DNA of 64,000 nt. Origin: Bigelowiella natans CCMP2755 (lineage: Eukaryota; Protista; Cercozoa). The DNA lies in NCBI GenBank assembly GCA_000320545.1, contig ADNK01001668.1:74039-138038 (forward strand), given 5' to 3'. The notes under the pieces are model-generated. The model did not search any database. It had not been told where the DNA came from and saw only the letters and a program-made list of their open reading frames with translations. Shown piece after piece: positions 1 through 14,459 of the stretch (within the stretch, counting starts at the first letter, position 1; every line of letters starts with the position of its first letter). Both the position numbers and the translations under genes were made by a program.

Positions 1-223
1 AAATAATTACGTTTCCTCAACAGTCATCCCAATGTATCTGTACAAAGCGGCGGCTACACAGCGCTAAGATTTTGTTTGTTTGTATACGTGCTCATTCATG
101 TTTGCAAGCTTGTTGCTGTAGTTTCGCCCGGGTGTATGTATGTATGTACGCAGTTATGATCGCGATGGCGAATTTTAAGCGCTCCATGAGCTGCATACTG
201 TGTGACTACACGCAATCTACAGC

Positions 224-268
<45 letters not shown>

Positions 269-393
269 AATGCATGGCACTTAGGCTTATGTATTCCGTT
301 CGAAAATGATCTGTTATACCACATCAGATCGCACAAAGCGAAGCTGATGCAGAGGCTTTACAACGTAACGTACACATCATCATCTAATACTAC

Positions 394-751
394 TTAGATA
401 GGAGCTACGATTCGGTTCCATTCGACGTCTCTTGCATCGTTCTGGAAATCAATGCCTGCATTGAAAGATTCAATATTTCTGATCAGATATTCACGTCTTA
501 TTTATGTATTAGCTGATAGAGAGAAATTTTCATCCTCCTCCTCCTCCACTCCATTTCATACTCTGTCAACTATAGCATCCTAGCATAACATAAGATTATA
601 GGAGTCAGCACAGCACCAGATCTTCTACCTTGCAAGCGAATTGTTCCGATGAGATTTTCTGGCATCTCATCGTCTTCTTGCGACTCGATAAGAAAACCTT
701 ATTTGGATTAGTAATTCGTGAAGGAGTACATACTTGTTGTCAACATTAGTT

Positions 752-823
<72 letters not shown>

Positions 824-1772
824 GGAAAATATGTTGCTTTACTCCTCTTGTGCTATCTTGATATAATTATACTGAATATGGGATTGGTATCTTCCACCTA
901 TGCAATCAAAGCACCTACCTACATCCAAAACCATATCGACCAAGCTCTCCTTCAGTCCAAAAACTGCTTTCTTCTTCACATAATTTGATGTATGCTGCAT
1001 CATACACAACAAACCAAGCAAAAGTATCGTTCCTCAATATTTGTGCCCGGTGTTTCTTGTTTTTCTTAAGATCACCTTCAGCATTACAGCATTACGAATA
1101 GTTTCATCATCGAGTCAGAGACGAAGAAGAAGTATTACCTGGTTGATGTCAATTTCCAGATAATTGGAGCCTCTATATGCCTCTTTCCTTGACCTTAATC
1201 ATCGTCGTGTAAGTATAATCATCATCACCTTCTGCTTCTTCTTCTCTCAAGAAAGACTAATCTAAGACGACTCATGCAATGATGCTACGAAATGATGGAC
1301 GTGAGTAGGAGGATGAGTTTCAAATACACTAGTAGGTCACATGTGTTATAACTATTATAGAGGAGTTTACCTCGTGAGGAAAGGCTTCCCACTGAATTTT
1401 CGGACAATTTCCTGAAAAATGAAATGAGGGGGAGCAGTGTGTAGTTCTGTAAGAAGTAGTAGTAATATATTATGTAATGGTGATTTATACCCAATATCGC
1501 TATACTCAGAAATTGGCATGAAATTTATACATGAATAACTACAATCACAATTAAGTTTTTGTGTTGCTGATTGATCATATCACATCATATCATATCACAC
1601 AGCAGCACCTTCATCACGAAGCTGAGTTTGAGATCGTCTTGATTGGCTATGTGAATGATATTTTTCCAGCGTCTGCCACCACCATCACCATCACCATCAT
1701 CATCATTGTTATGGGGCCCATTGAGATAACAAAAATGGAATAAACACAAACACACACAAACATAGTAAATAA

Positions 1773-1815
<43 letters not shown>

Positions 1816-1994
1816 TTATTGTACAATTATCACAACTTTCCAATTGTGTTCCAGTCGGCACCATTGGTCCCTGCTGCTGCTTTGCAAAAGCTAATAAAAC
1901 GATCCACCAAACAACAAGAACAACATCCGAATACAGAGCATAGACCCAAGGAGATCAATTAGTATTACGTCTGTCCTCCCAGCTACAACAACTA

Positions 1995-2028
<34 letters not shown>

Positions 2029-5000
2029 CACTACTAATCCTATAAACGCTAAGGAAACAGTTAAGAAGAAGCAGTAGTAATACCTTTGAAATAGCTTTGC
2101 AGCGTTTTCGCCTTCCCGTATAGCCGTCCGCCCCCGCTATTAATGGCGATTTGTGATGATGATAATGATCGACGACGATAATGATGAATGTATACAAAAG
2201 TTATTAGACGATGACTATGTATCTCAATCTCCCTTTCTGCTATTAGACGACGTAATAGTATTCATAAGCATCAACCTATCATCGTTCTCATCATCATCAT
2301 CATCATCATCATCATAAATCCATCCAACCTCTGTAAGCTTGAAGTAAAGGATGATTGATATGCCGTATCCGTCCGAATTGCCACCCCATAGACTGCGAAG
2401 TGTTAATGACAACGTTGGCACACATAGCATATGATAGTAGTGGTAGTAGTAGTAGTAGTGGTAGTTGTTGTTGTTGTTGTATATATAGTGCACGTAAATA
2501 AACACAACATCACACGTCTACAAGGAAGAAAAGAGTAAGTGGCATGTACGATAGTGGTGATGATGATGATGATGACGATGATGATGATGATGACGTGAAG
2601 GAGTAAGTCTCTGAATGCATTGTGTGTGTTGTTCTTCATCATCCATCATCAGTTAAAATAGATAGCAGCACCTTGGCTCGTAGAGAGGTAGCTGGAAGTT
2701 GATGACAATGTATTGTGGAATACCCATCCACCACCCTTCATTCAAAGGTCTCCTCTTCCTACCACTCCTTCTTCCCCTTCCTTCTCTTGTGTCATCAACA
2801 GCAGCAGCACTACTACCCTCATCAGCACCAGTATGATAATTTTGCTGCTGCCGCTGATGATGATGATGAGAAAGAGGAGGAGGAAAAAAGCTCTTCGTTG
2901 TCCTACTACTAGTAGTACTGGCACTCACGTCTCTAGTTCTGGTGCTGGTACTACTACAATAACCACCACTACCGCTGCTGCTGTTACTACTGCTGCTACT
3001 TTGGCTAACGCCATCGTAATAATCATCGTCATCTTTGAGGTCTATAAAGCGTGCGACATGCTCTATTCGTGAAGTACTTCGAAGAATATCCACTGATATA
3101 GGCTCGTAATATGCAGGACCTTTGCGAAAAGTAGCATCATAGTCAATCTTTTGCCCAATTGCATATTTGGCACTCATCACAGCGAGTAGAAGCAGTAACG
3201 TGTAGGTTGTCATCACATCCATCAATCATACTATCACTAACACTCACCAGCCCTTTGCTTTCTTTTCTTCACACGGTAGTCTTTCCCTGCACGCACTTCA
3301 AAGAGGCTCTCACTACACCTCCTCCACTTTGCTGCTCGGTTGCTTCCAAGCCGATGACGGCGAGGGATGGTTACATCGTTTTGCGAAAAGCCTGCAAGGG
3401 AGATCATAGTAGTAGTCGATAGTCTATCAATGAGAAGAACAACAAGATGATGATGATGATGATGATCACGAGGGTATTAATTAAAGAAAGGGAAACTACT
3501 TGCTGCTGCTAGGCCGAGTGAGTACCCAACTACTACTTCTTCCTAGTACCACTACTACTATCACTATCATCTACTTACGTTGATAGAAACTAGTATTACC
3601 TGGTTTGCGGCAAGGAAGAAGTGGCAGGGGGGGCTTGGATAGGCCCAATGAAGCCATTGCAATATGGTTGGCTAGATGTACAAGTGAGGGAAGAAGGGGC
3701 AGGTCGGTTGGAACGACAGGAACACCTACATATAATAATAATAATAATAATAATGATGATGATGATGACGATAAGGATGAATTTAGGCAGTAGGAGGAGG
3801 AACCAACAGGCTAATGGAAGTAGACACAGCATACGAGAAAAAGAGTTAATAGTTACCAAATCGATCGCTGAGACGTCGGCAGAGGAACTAAGCAGAAGAG
3901 GATGATGACAAGATGAGAAGATGAAGAGGAAGAAGAAAGATGAGAAAAGAGAGAATGATGACTTAAAAGAACAACTCACCTTTTGGTTACGGGATCAAAG
4001 ATAATGAAACGATGGTGCTAGATGTCATCATAATGTTTGTGTGCTGTTGGCTGTTGTTTTGCTAGATGTCATCATAATGTTTGTGTGCTGTTGGGTGGTG
4101 TTGTTTTGCGTCGTAGTACATCGGAAGTGATAGAGTCCAGGCCAAGATCCGCCACGGGCAAAAACCGTCCCAATTCCTACACGTACACACGCACACACAC
4201 ACACACACACACACAAACACAAGCATACCAATACATCTTATGCCTGAAAGCAGCAGCTTGAACATAACAGTCACTATATTATCATCATCATCATCGTTAT
4301 CATCATGATATAAATCTCACTGCACACGTAAAAACACATAGCATAACGCCGTAGTGTGTGCACTATTTCAAGGGGTTGATAGTAGTAGCAGTAGTAGTAG
4401 TAGTAACAGTAGTAGTACCGAATCTGGAAAAAAATGATAGATCTCTTCCCGAATACCCTTAAGAATTTGTTCTGCCTGGCCACGATAGGATTTGTTTTCT
4501 TCCATGATTTGGCCTTTTTCTTCTTCTTCTTCTTGATCGCGTGTTCTCCCCCCTCGTTTCTCATCATCATCGTCATCGTTTGCATTACGGATTACACCAC
4601 CCCTCCCCCCCCCCTCTTCCTCCTCATATCTATATTCAATATCTTTGCGATCATGCCGCCGACAATAGTCTCCTCCTTTGTTACTATTATTGTTATTATT
4701 ATTATTATTACTATTATCATTACTGCTACTACTACTATCTCCTCCATAACTACTACGACCGCAATCAAAATACCCCCCTCCTCCTCCTCCTCCTCCTCCT
4801 CCTTTATTCTTTTCACGCTCGTCCTCATGATTTGTTTCTTCGCTTTCTCTGCGCCATCGCTGTCGCCCTCGTACTCTTCCTTGCCCCCCCCCCTTAGATG
4901 TGTTGGTTGTGGTAACTGTAGCTGCTGTTTCGCTGGAAAAGGAACGATTTTCCCCCATTGTTCCGCCCCCAACATCACCCTGAGATCGATGGGTCCATCT

Positions 5001-5495
5001 CATCATACTACTCACTGATGACTCCTCCTCCTCCTCATCATCATCATCAAACGACGACGATACAAATAGCCTATACGACGAAGAACTTGGGGGACTTAGC
5101 TGATTGTGATGATGATGCTGATGACGATGATGATGATGATGGTCATCACCCTCCCCTTCTTCGTCTCGTTCTTGTTTATTCTTTCGCTGTTCCTCCCAGC
5201 TGCTCTTGGTTTCAAAACGGGTGAAAGAAGAACAAAAATGATGATCTTCTTTTTCCTCCTGAGCATAATTTGAAGGTGGGTTCTTCATCTTCCATCCATG
5301 TCCTTGTCTAGTAGGCGGTGGTAGCAGAGGCATTCTGGTGGCCACGCGGCTCACACGAAATGGGTATCCAACTACAACCACAAGGAATAACGACAACAGC
5401 CCTGCCGATAGTACCAGCATGCTCGCCTGAACAACAGAGAAGAGGCAAATCAGCGAGGGGGGGGAAGGGAGGAGCATAGATATGCAAATACACAT
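394..5495 (-). CDS. Multi-exon EDR2 C-terminal (DUF1336)-like domain protein with a long low-complexity N-terminal region; 5' end uncertain
   Basis: Spliced minus-strand exons read W..CSESLFEVRAGKDYRVKKRK (about 3250-3340), YYEPISVDILRSTSRIEHVARFIDL, IPQYIVINFQLPLYEP, GYGISIILYFKLTE, IVRKFSGKPFLTR, GSNYLEIDIN, KKAVFGLKESLVDMVLDVG, FLIESQEDDEMPENLIGTIRLQG and GIDFQNDARDVEWNRIVAPI*. This is the motif order of DUF1336. Linkage of the upstream ORF 4368-5495 is inferred. Confidence 0.75.
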
Positions 5496-5792
5496 TATCT
5501 ACATAATATACATATGCACGCTGGCACATTACGTACCCACACGCATACACGCAGTCGAAGAGGAATGAAATCATCATCATCATCATCATCATCACCATCA
5601 TCACCATCATCACCATCATCACCATCATCGTAACTTGAATATATGGTGGTAGAAATAGGGTCATTAAATTATTACATTTGGGCCTCCCACCGAAGATAGT
5701 GCGACTAGTAATACAATCCTGACACACAATACTCCCAAGTTAAGTAAAAACACAAAAAAACATGTCGTCGACATTTGCTTAGATGTCTTTAT

Positions 5793-7803
5793 CTAGATTA
5801 AAATGGTGCGTGTGCTAAAGCTTTTATTGTAGTACCATATACTTCCAAATAGAAGCAATCCTTCGTCAGGCCTGTTGGTAGTGGTGGCGGCGAAGACTCG
5901 AGATCGTTTGATATAATGTGATTTGCTGGTTATTTCGTTGGTGACGGGTTGCATTATTCGTCTTCTATGTCTTTCACCACTCTGATCTCCATACGATAGT
6001 GCTGCTGATGCTGACGATGGTGCATGCTCAATGCTACCATCTCTCGGTATTCCTGGCTCACGTGAAGCTTTACAACCATCTTCATCAAGATGAAATAATG
6101 AACAATCACCCTTTCTACTGGCACTACTACTAGTGCTGCTGCTACCGCGTCCCCCCCCCTCCCTATCCCCTTTCATCTTTGATTTGGCAGCTAGAATCCT
6201 AGCTTCCATACGGATCAACTTTCGACGCATCCTGAGGAAGGAGAGAAGGAGAAAATGTTCATCATCATCATCATCATCATTGCCAGCAGTTCACAAACCG
6301 ATGAATTTTCTGAGCGTTGTCGATGTAAGAAAACTTAATCATAGTGCAATATAAAAGATGTTGTTTATTCGGTGGCAATTACGAGTCTGCTTCGCGTCTA
6401 GCCTTGGCCTCTCGTATCTCCGCTGCTCGTGCCTTAGCCCTGGCACTGCTCACTTGTCCGAACAGATCCCGGATGATTATCAGTGATTTCTTTTTCTTAA
6501 CCCCCTTTCCGTTAGATACTTCTGGTTTAGATGATGATGATAGCAAAGAGCATTGGTCATGATTTTTCGTAGCCCCCCCCCAGTTGAATCCATTCACAGC
6601 GCCTGCAACTAAGGATTCCAGAAGCATCGGCCGCTTTTTCGTCCTTCGCCTCTTCCCTACCATCACATGCGGGGTAAGGCTTTTCTTATTATGGCTTGAT
6701 TGGGTATGATCGCGATTGAATTGTTGCGAAGATGCAACACGAGGGAGCACTCTGAGTCCATTTTGCGAGGAAGGTCTGCTGCTGTTTCCATTTGTCCGAT
6801 CACGCCTTCTTCTTCTTCTTCTTCCGTAGGGAAGGGGAGAGACTGATCGTCCATGGCTCGTGGAAGTAATCACACTAGCTTTACCACCAGTACCGTCAAG
6901 GTATTTTGCATACCCACCCCTTTCCACGTGGAGGAAATCTCCGTAACTTCTACAACTTACCATTCGTCCATTCCCTGCTCGCAACCTCTCGGCTGCATTC
7001 TTCCATTTATGATCTACGAATATTCGCATTGCGCGACGTTTCTTCGTATCTCGATTGGCATCACAAAGTCGCCGTGGGCTCATTGCAGGAGGTGTAAGGG
7101 CAGGCTATTGTTATGAAAAAACTAGTGTTATCCATGATACCTCAAAAAATGAACATTTGCACCTGCATCGGTCGCAGCTCAGGACTGCTTTCAGCATCAA
7201 ATGCATCAAATGCAGCCATTTCGCCTCCTTCCTCCTCCTCCTCCTCCTCCTCCTTCTCAAGTCTTAATGGTCGGTATCCTGCTCATGATGAATATTGTTA
7301 CACACCCTTATGCTGGGACAGCAAAGCAAGAGAAACAGTATGATGATGAAGGTTCACAATCCCCTCCCTCCCTCAATTTCATCCAGGGCTCAAATGTCTC
7401 AAGACTAGTTTTCCTTCAAACTAAGAAATGATTGTGCGAAACCATGTAGTTGTGAATGGGGTGCCAATGTGGTAGAAGGAAAGGATCGAAGGGGGGGGGA
7501 GACCTGTACACAAGCATAGCTATGATTCTCAGACTTAAATGCATTCTTTTGGTCCTAGAGTTTGAATGGGGTATTTATCCAGACGACATAGGTTTTAAGC
7601 TTAAACTTTGCCTTTATCTCCATGGTGTCCATCGTGCAGAACATGCAGATACCTCTGCGTTGTCGCTCATCATTTATTAGCTGCATTTCCACAATTCGGG
7701 AATATTTTCCGACTTCTCGCTCGGAATGGACGAGAGAAGTGTCTGACGACATCATTTCTTTCTCGTACCGAATGTTTATCCTTCCGACGTCTTCATTCGT
7801 CAC
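5793..7803 (-). CDS. Hypothetical low-complexity protein (several exons)
   Basis: Co-oriented ORFs 5793-6230, 6379-7083 and 7555-7803 separated by microsatellite-containing segments. No recognisable domain. Confidence 0.35.
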
Positions 7804-8560
7804 GCTGCCACGTCGTCAAGCTTGCACCTTCGTTGGAATGTCACACAACAGGATGCAAAGTGCACACACACACACACACACAACATGTTTTCGATGTGCA
7901 CAAGTGTCTATTGTCAAAGTCTGTTGATGAGGCAAGCTGCATGGTGTGACAGATGTGAACAAGGATTTGGAAATTCCGTCTTGGCAGCGGTCGATCCCTT
8001 TTGGCGGCTGAAAGAGCACTCAATGATGTGCATCTTCTCATCAAGTGAACGTTGCCCTGCGGCACGTGTGTCCAAGGTAGGATTGCTCCGGTTGACAAGT
8101 TCATCGCTGAAATCATTTTTGGGGGGGCAGCAATTCCCTTCCAGAGCTAGAGAGCGCATCGCAAACGCGTGCACGCGTGCTAGCGTGCACACACACACTC
8201 ACGGTTTGCGCAAAATCCCTCTGAAGCATTGAAATTTTGGGGACTGAATGAGCACTCCCAAGACTAGGTTGGAAAATTTCGCCCATCCATTGATTCATCG
8301 GGATCAAATGAAAACTGCCTTCCCATGTTTCATCACTTTGAGCTTGCACGCGCGAAGCCTGACTTGGTCAATGTGACCATTTTTGCTCACGCTAGCTGTG
8401 CGATGTGCTTGACGAAAAAACGAACTAAGTTGCAATTTTTGCAGAGCTCTTCCCAAATAAATTGAACATGATCCATGGGGCACAACAGCGCGTTGCTTTT
8501 CATTTTCGATTCTAGTTTTTCGTTCGCCATGGCCGCCTGTCTTGTGCTAAGAACTCGTCA
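7790..8560. other. TpA-depleted (hypermutated) block 1
   Basis: Few TA remain and they are mostly in CTA/TAG context (gctagag, gctagc, gactagg, tctagt). CA/TG-rich, with overlapping Tyr-free ORFs. Confidence 0.75.
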
Positions 8561-8951
8561 CATGCATGCTACATGTAAATTGTGCAGGCTCACTATGTAA
8601 AAAAAAAATCGATGATGCTTGCTGCCTATGCACTCGCATCAACATAAAAGTTGAAATGATGCTCGCTAAATTACTAATGGTGCCATTCTGGAAATTTGCA
8701 AGCACTGGTGCAGCACGTACCATTGTATGCCCTTGTATCCGGTACAGGAACGACAACGACATGGTGTACTAATGAACTTTATTTTTCATCCATGTACAGC
8801 TTTCAACGCCTACTTACTCAAAGTTGTACTAAATCTATAGTTGGTGGAAAAAAGGCGACTACTATTTACGTGGTTAATATATTGCTACTGTGATCTAGGT
8901 GTTGCACCGCGTAGATCAAATTAATTCAGAAGCTATATAAACAATGAGATG

Positions 8952-10125
8952 CTATTGTTGTAACGGTCTTCCATTCTCCAGGCCAGAAGAACGATTTACT
9001 CTTTCAATGCGTTTTGGTCCAGTAGGTATAAATTTCCCGTCACTAATTTCTGCCCTGGATATTCCCTCCTCCGTTACTGTCATCAAAGGTAATTTATCCT
9101 GATTGCGAAGGTCCTGATAAGCTGCTGCCTCCCTTTCTCTAATAGCTTCTCGCGGCGTCTGTTCATACTTTTTCAGGCACGTATCTTGGATGATAAGTTG
9201 AATTATATTGAGGAAGACTGGTGTGCCCACCATAGACAGCAGAAGAAACTCAACCCCATGGCCCTTAAATAAAGAGCTAGTCCACTTCACGAAGGGATAT
9301 ATGGTGTTGTGTGCTCCATAGACAACAGCTCCGCACACAATCCTTGCCAATATATTTATGATGATCCACGAAGTCAGTTGTATTCCCCACCACTTGATGT
9401 TGATATTATCCGGCTGTCCATAGTCTCCACTAACAGCTAATGGCTGGTATCCGATCTGATGTGTGATTTTTCGACAGTAAGGAACGCAAGTTTCTTAGAC
9501 AATTGGTTTCAAAAGTCGTAAATGGTAGCTTCTTGATTTCTCCCTTGACTTTTTCTTCTCCTTCTACTTATCCCTCCCTCCGCTTCCTTCTTTTCTAACC
9601 TTTTTTGCAGCGGGCTCAAGACCGTACTTTAATATTATGAGTGAAAGTGTTGTGCCCAGTAACGCATCGATGGTAAAGGATATCATGTACCTAATGCCCA
9701 GGTTAGGAAACGGTAGGCATTTTAATTTTCAATACAATCTGTTTCTGTTCTACTCAAATCGAGATATTAAAATATTTTTTCCTTATTTCGTAGACAGGTT
9801 GTGGATTATGGAATGGAGTTCTCACCATCCACACTCTTCATCGCCTTCACCCCCCTCAGAACGAGCTATCACAGCAATTACTACGTTGCATAGATGCTGA
9901 AATCCCGCAGATATGCACTAAAACACAGCGAGATGAGAGATCGACGTCGACATAAAATTCCTAATGTGAGACCTGTTTAAGAGCATCAAAGATCCACACT
10001 TTCATGAGCCTCCTAGGTCTCTCACATCTCCATTTTACTATCAAGAGGGAGAAGACTGCAGCCCCCAGAAAGGCCTGCACCAAAATTGCCACCGGATTGG
10101 TGAAGAGGTTGCAGACCGAGGGCAT
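8952..10125 (-). CDS. STIMATE/TMEM110-family multi-pass membrane protein (spliced)
   Basis: Exons: AILVQAFLGAAVFSLLIVKWRCERPRRLMKVWIFDALKQ; CISAGFQHLCNV..ECGW; YMISFTIDALLG; SGDYGQP..WWGIQLTSWII; EFLLLSMVGTPVFLNIIQLIIQDTCLKK. These match the family motifs ExPrRp.kiW.fD.sKQ, G.YG.P and P...N..Q....D..LK. Confidence 0.8.
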
Positions 10126-10239
10126 GCTTTGGTTTAACCAATACTTCTTGGTCAAAGTCCCGATGATGCAGGGGAATTACGGGATGCGACATGGAAATGG
10201 AACCTTGAAATATGAATTAGAAGATTCTAAGAGCATCTT

Positions 10240-10810
10240 GGTCACTTGCTTCAGGGGCCCTCTTCTTCTGGTGTGCCTTCGACTGAGAAAGATGATGTTT
10301 GACAGGGCCTTCCGTGGAACCATTGTCGAGTTCGCTTGCTTCAGAGGCCCTCTTCTTCTGGTGTGCCTTCGAATGAGAAAGATGTTTGACAGGGCCCTCC
10401 GTGGAACCATTCTAGCATTGTCGAGTTCGATGCGTTTGTTTGCGCTGCTGCGCGTCGATCAATCCCATGATTCTCTGTCACGTTGATCCCACTTTCCATT
10501 GAAGACCCGCTCGAGTGGATCAATGCCACTCTGCTGCATCATCAGGGTGCTGACAAGTCCTCACGTCTGCAATGATTTTTGTTGAGGCGCTGCCACGTGT
10601 TTGCGCTTGTCTCCCACGTGGTTCGTGCTCATGCAGTTTTTTGCAGCAACGCTTTGTTCAATGTTCAACGTTCAATGTTGCTTTGGCACTTTGGATGGCA
10701 GTGCAGGCACGCACTGCGTTTCGCACACTGCAAGTGTCGCTGCAACACTTTGGAAGTGTGCCAGTGTGGTTCATCATCATTGTTTCATTGTTTCATTGTG
10801 ACATTGTTTC
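10240..10810 (+). mobile_element. 5'-truncated 3' end of a non-LTR retrotransposon, same family as 17540-18530, with an internal 90-bp tandem duplication
   Basis: ctggtgtgccttcgactgagaaagat..gacagggccttccgtggaaccatt aligns to 18118-18170. cagggtgctgacaagtcct..gttgaggc..ctccca.gtggttc..caacgctttgttca aligns to 18393-18502 and is followed by a short 7-mer tandem tail. Duplicated units start at 10245 and 10335. Confidence 0.7.
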
Positions 10811-11610
10811 AGTCCATCACCAAGGCTTGTGTTTGACGATGTGCTGACATTGAGGGATGAAGGGCGCGGCAATCAGCGCGCTCCTCTTTTGCCATTTGAA
10901 AACACTTGTGTCGTTGTTCTTCTTTCTTTCCTTCTGCACTTCCTTCTCGTGTCCCTCTGCTAGCTCTGGCCCATCGGGTGCACGTTGCATGCTGCTTGGG
11001 GAGGACGAATTGCGACTTCGAATTCAACTGACACAGACACCGACTCAACAAATGGACACAATGGACTCAATGATGCGATGTGAGTCACACATTGTGTGTG
11101 CGCGTACGTGATGCTAGGCGCATGTCTTGGATGTAGTGGCCGTGGAAACACTCCACTCTCGAAATCACGAGAACTGGAGAAAGCGAGGTCTAGCTAGAGG
11201 TGCATGTGTGATTGTGTGTGCTAGTGTGTTTGTGCGCATATCACACGCGAGAGCAGCACGTCTAAAGGTTTACGCACAGCTCGCTGTCCTGCGACACTTT
11301 TGTACTTTGCAAAGTGTGACCGCCGGACACGATTCACGTTGCGTGCGCAACGTCGTGTGCGCGTGGAATGTGCACATTGCATGCAACATTTCTAGATGTG
11401 ACCGTCCGTGCGTGCGCAATGATTGCGTGCTCTAGCGCCAGACCAAACATTGTCGCTGTGTGCGCGAACGCGCGATGTTTAGTCTTGCGCATGATGATCT
11501 ACATCGCCGCTGCACAACAATTTCTAAATGTGTCGCGTTCTTCACAGCAATCATCACTGACATCATTGGGGGACAACAATAACCTCAAGATGTCTGTCTT
11601 GTCTTCATTC
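10240..11610. other. TpA-depleted block 2 (LINE fragment plus CTAG-rich sequence)
   Basis: Near-absence of TA; survivors are largely tctaga/gctag. Ends just outside the stop codon at 11656. Confidence 0.8.
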
Positions 11611-11655
11611 TAGTTCTTAAAAATATTTTTTTATAGTAGTACTTAAATCATTTCA

Positions 11656-12647
11656 TTATGTCCTATTTTTGAGTCTTTCTCTTTTTGCCCTCCGTCGTCT
11701 CCTACTAGAACTAGTTGCTTCAGATTTATTTTCCAGATCGCCTGTACCCGCCTGATCACTACGTTGCTGGTGCTGGCCGCTTTTCCCTATGGAAAAAATT
11801 TTTCCGGGAGGATCTCGGAAGGGCGTGAGCAGCCTTCTCATACGTTTATACGTATGAGATGCTTCAGGGGCCATCCGTACTGTTAATGAATATTCGCAAT
11901 TTTTTGGTAAGAACACTCCTTGAGGACGTGGAAAAGATAGACTGGAATTGACTTTCAGATCGATCGGCGTCCACTCTGAATTGATCCCTGAAAAAACAAT
12001 ATACAATCAAATTGTAAGGATTCCAGATCAGGCAAACCTAATCTCCGCGTTGTTGTATATTGGGATTGATTATTCGCTGATCATAGAAAATTCGTTTTGC
12101 TTTTTAATGAGCTCTGCGTAGTGTTACCGGTAATATGCCCAACGCTAATGTCTCGATTGGCCGACAACGCTGTGGCATATACAATACAAAAGACACAAGA
12201 ATGTGTTTGATATTGCGAAGATAAGGTTTTGAACAGCAACAATGTATGAAGACCTGCTAAACGCAGCAGCTGCCAGATCTGTACTTGTGTGTTGTTAAGA
12301 CTTATTACAATGCTAATATATGCAAAGCGAAGTACACAAGAGAAGATAAGAGCAAACAATCTCATGAGAAGACACATGAGAAATTAGGGAGTGGTGCTGA
12401 AATCCATTCCATAAATTAGCTCTTCCGAACGGGAGATATCAGTAATCGTCTAGACATTATCATTACCCATTCGATGTCGTAACTTTCTTACCTTGTCGTA
12501 GGATACTTGTTCATGATTCTCTCAAGCATGCGGAGCCTAAGTGCTGCGCCTTCCCACTTTCTCGAAAGCTCAATCTGAAGAATACGACAGGAGAAATCGA
12601 GCGATGTCCATATAAATACATAATGATACACACAAATACATAAATAT

Positions 12648-12698
<51 letters not shown>

Positions 12699-12701
12699 CT
12701 T

Positions 12702-12740
<39 letters not shown>

Positions 12741-13156
12741 CCAGTTATTTTTATACAAGTATGTGTACTGAGAATTATATATGTGTCAGCGCAGGACTGC
12801 CTTATGAATTCCGATCGAAGCTGAAAAGTTATCGTTTGAGAAAAGAGTAGCATAAACCATTCCAACTCCTAGATCAACAGCCTAGGTAGTTCAAACACGG
12901 CCTATGAGATCACTATTCTTACCAAAAACAAAATATTACTACTTTGTACTTGACTTCTCCATCCTCTGTATCATTTTTCAGAACGATATCGGCCTAATAA
13001 GATTTTTAAAAAGTCACTAGAAGGCGATATCATTGGATAAACTTCATTCTTACCACTACTCGATGATATACGAGATCTGACCCTGGAATTAATGGGTCGA
13101 AAGCGTCCTAATATGTCGGGTAGGGAAAAAAAAAAGAGAGGAGAGACAAATTAAGA

Positions 13157-13202
<46 letters not shown>

Positions 13203-13620
13203 AAGGAGAGAGAGAGAGAAGTAAGAATTTTTTCAACAGCTAACAACTCACACACACATCAAAATGTCCACTATGTACTCACTGTCGGCTTTCGTTTCCG
13301 ACGGTTTGTCACTTTGACTTTGCCTATTGCCTCGTCTTTGTGCACTATCTTCACAAGTCCAGAAATTTCTTTTTCCTAAATGTAAGTATCTTTAACGTTA
13401 CACTTGACAAATCATAAAATAATAAGAGAGAATGGAGAAGAGACAAGATCAACGATTTTCTGGGAAGAAGAATTTAATTAATGACAATCATCATGGGATT
13501 GACCGGTTGCTTGCAGGTTCCAGTAACTATCTGAACCCGAGCACACACACGTTCGTCGCCATCTCTTAAACGTGTAGGTAGAGGATAAACCTCAACGTCT
13601 TCATAGCCAGAATCATGGAT
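11656..13620 (-). CDS. Hypothetical multi-exon protein
   Basis: Terminal ORF 11656-12006 plus upstream exon-like segments (IELSRKWEGAALRLRMLERIMNKYP; GVGMVYATLFSNDNFSASIGIHKAVLR; ADIVLKNDTEDGEVK) flanked by GT/AG and (TA)n/(CA)n introns. No family recognised. Confidence 0.4.
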
Positions 13621-14459
13621 GACTTGGAGCTGTCTTCTTCTCCATTGTCTTCCTGGACAACCACATTACATTCGATGTAAATTACTTGCTTCACAGAAAT
13701 TATCGACTACGTAGGCTCGACCAGCAGATATAATTTGGCCTCCGTTAGCCTTTCGTTTCAAGCCCCCTCCAGAAAGACCCAGCGCTCCCCAACGAAAAAA
13801 TCCTATTGAGAAAGGTTTTGTAAATATGTGTGCATGGCGCTCTTGGTGTGAATCATGTTATTGCCGCGCTTATTTCTTGGTCTCCATTGCTATTCAGCTG
13901 AATAGTAACTGCGATTAAAGCGATGGTCACTATGGCAATTTTCTGTTCCCCTTGAGCTGGATGCCCATTGTGTTTGTGGCGCTGACACACAACTCACAAC
14001 CGAGCTGGAAGACCAGAAAGAGACCATTCGAGTTGATAACAAGACTGGAGAGATAACTCCAATTTTTGGTTGTCGCAGGATGAAAATCAAATGTATTTGC
14101 AGGGAATTATCGAGGCATCGTTCGCTGGGTTGCCAGCGCAGATCCTCCCACAAGAAATTAATTCTTCTAACTCGGAAGCCAGCCGACAGAAAGAAAGAGA
14201 TCTGATTAGCTCAGGCCGAAGCGAAGAATGTAGCGGCAAGTCAGCAGGGCCGAACGAAGCGAACAGCAGCTCATAATTCAACAGAAAAACTAGAAAGAAA
14301 ACGGAAAAGAAACAGATCAGCAACGACTTGTCTTTCTAGCCTTGCTGGGAAGGAGCTACAAAATGACCGTACTTGGTGACTGCGGTGTTGAGAAGGAGAG
14401 TGAATTATGGGTCGCTTGTTTCACGACTGCGCAGAGGAATTTGGAATTCTAGAATTATT

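Noticed and set aside
4017-4094. 34-bp direct duplication, plus similar small ones at 20477-20540 and gtgtccga repeats at 56504-56570
   Set aside because: Ordinary local slippage duplications in introns, with no sign of function.
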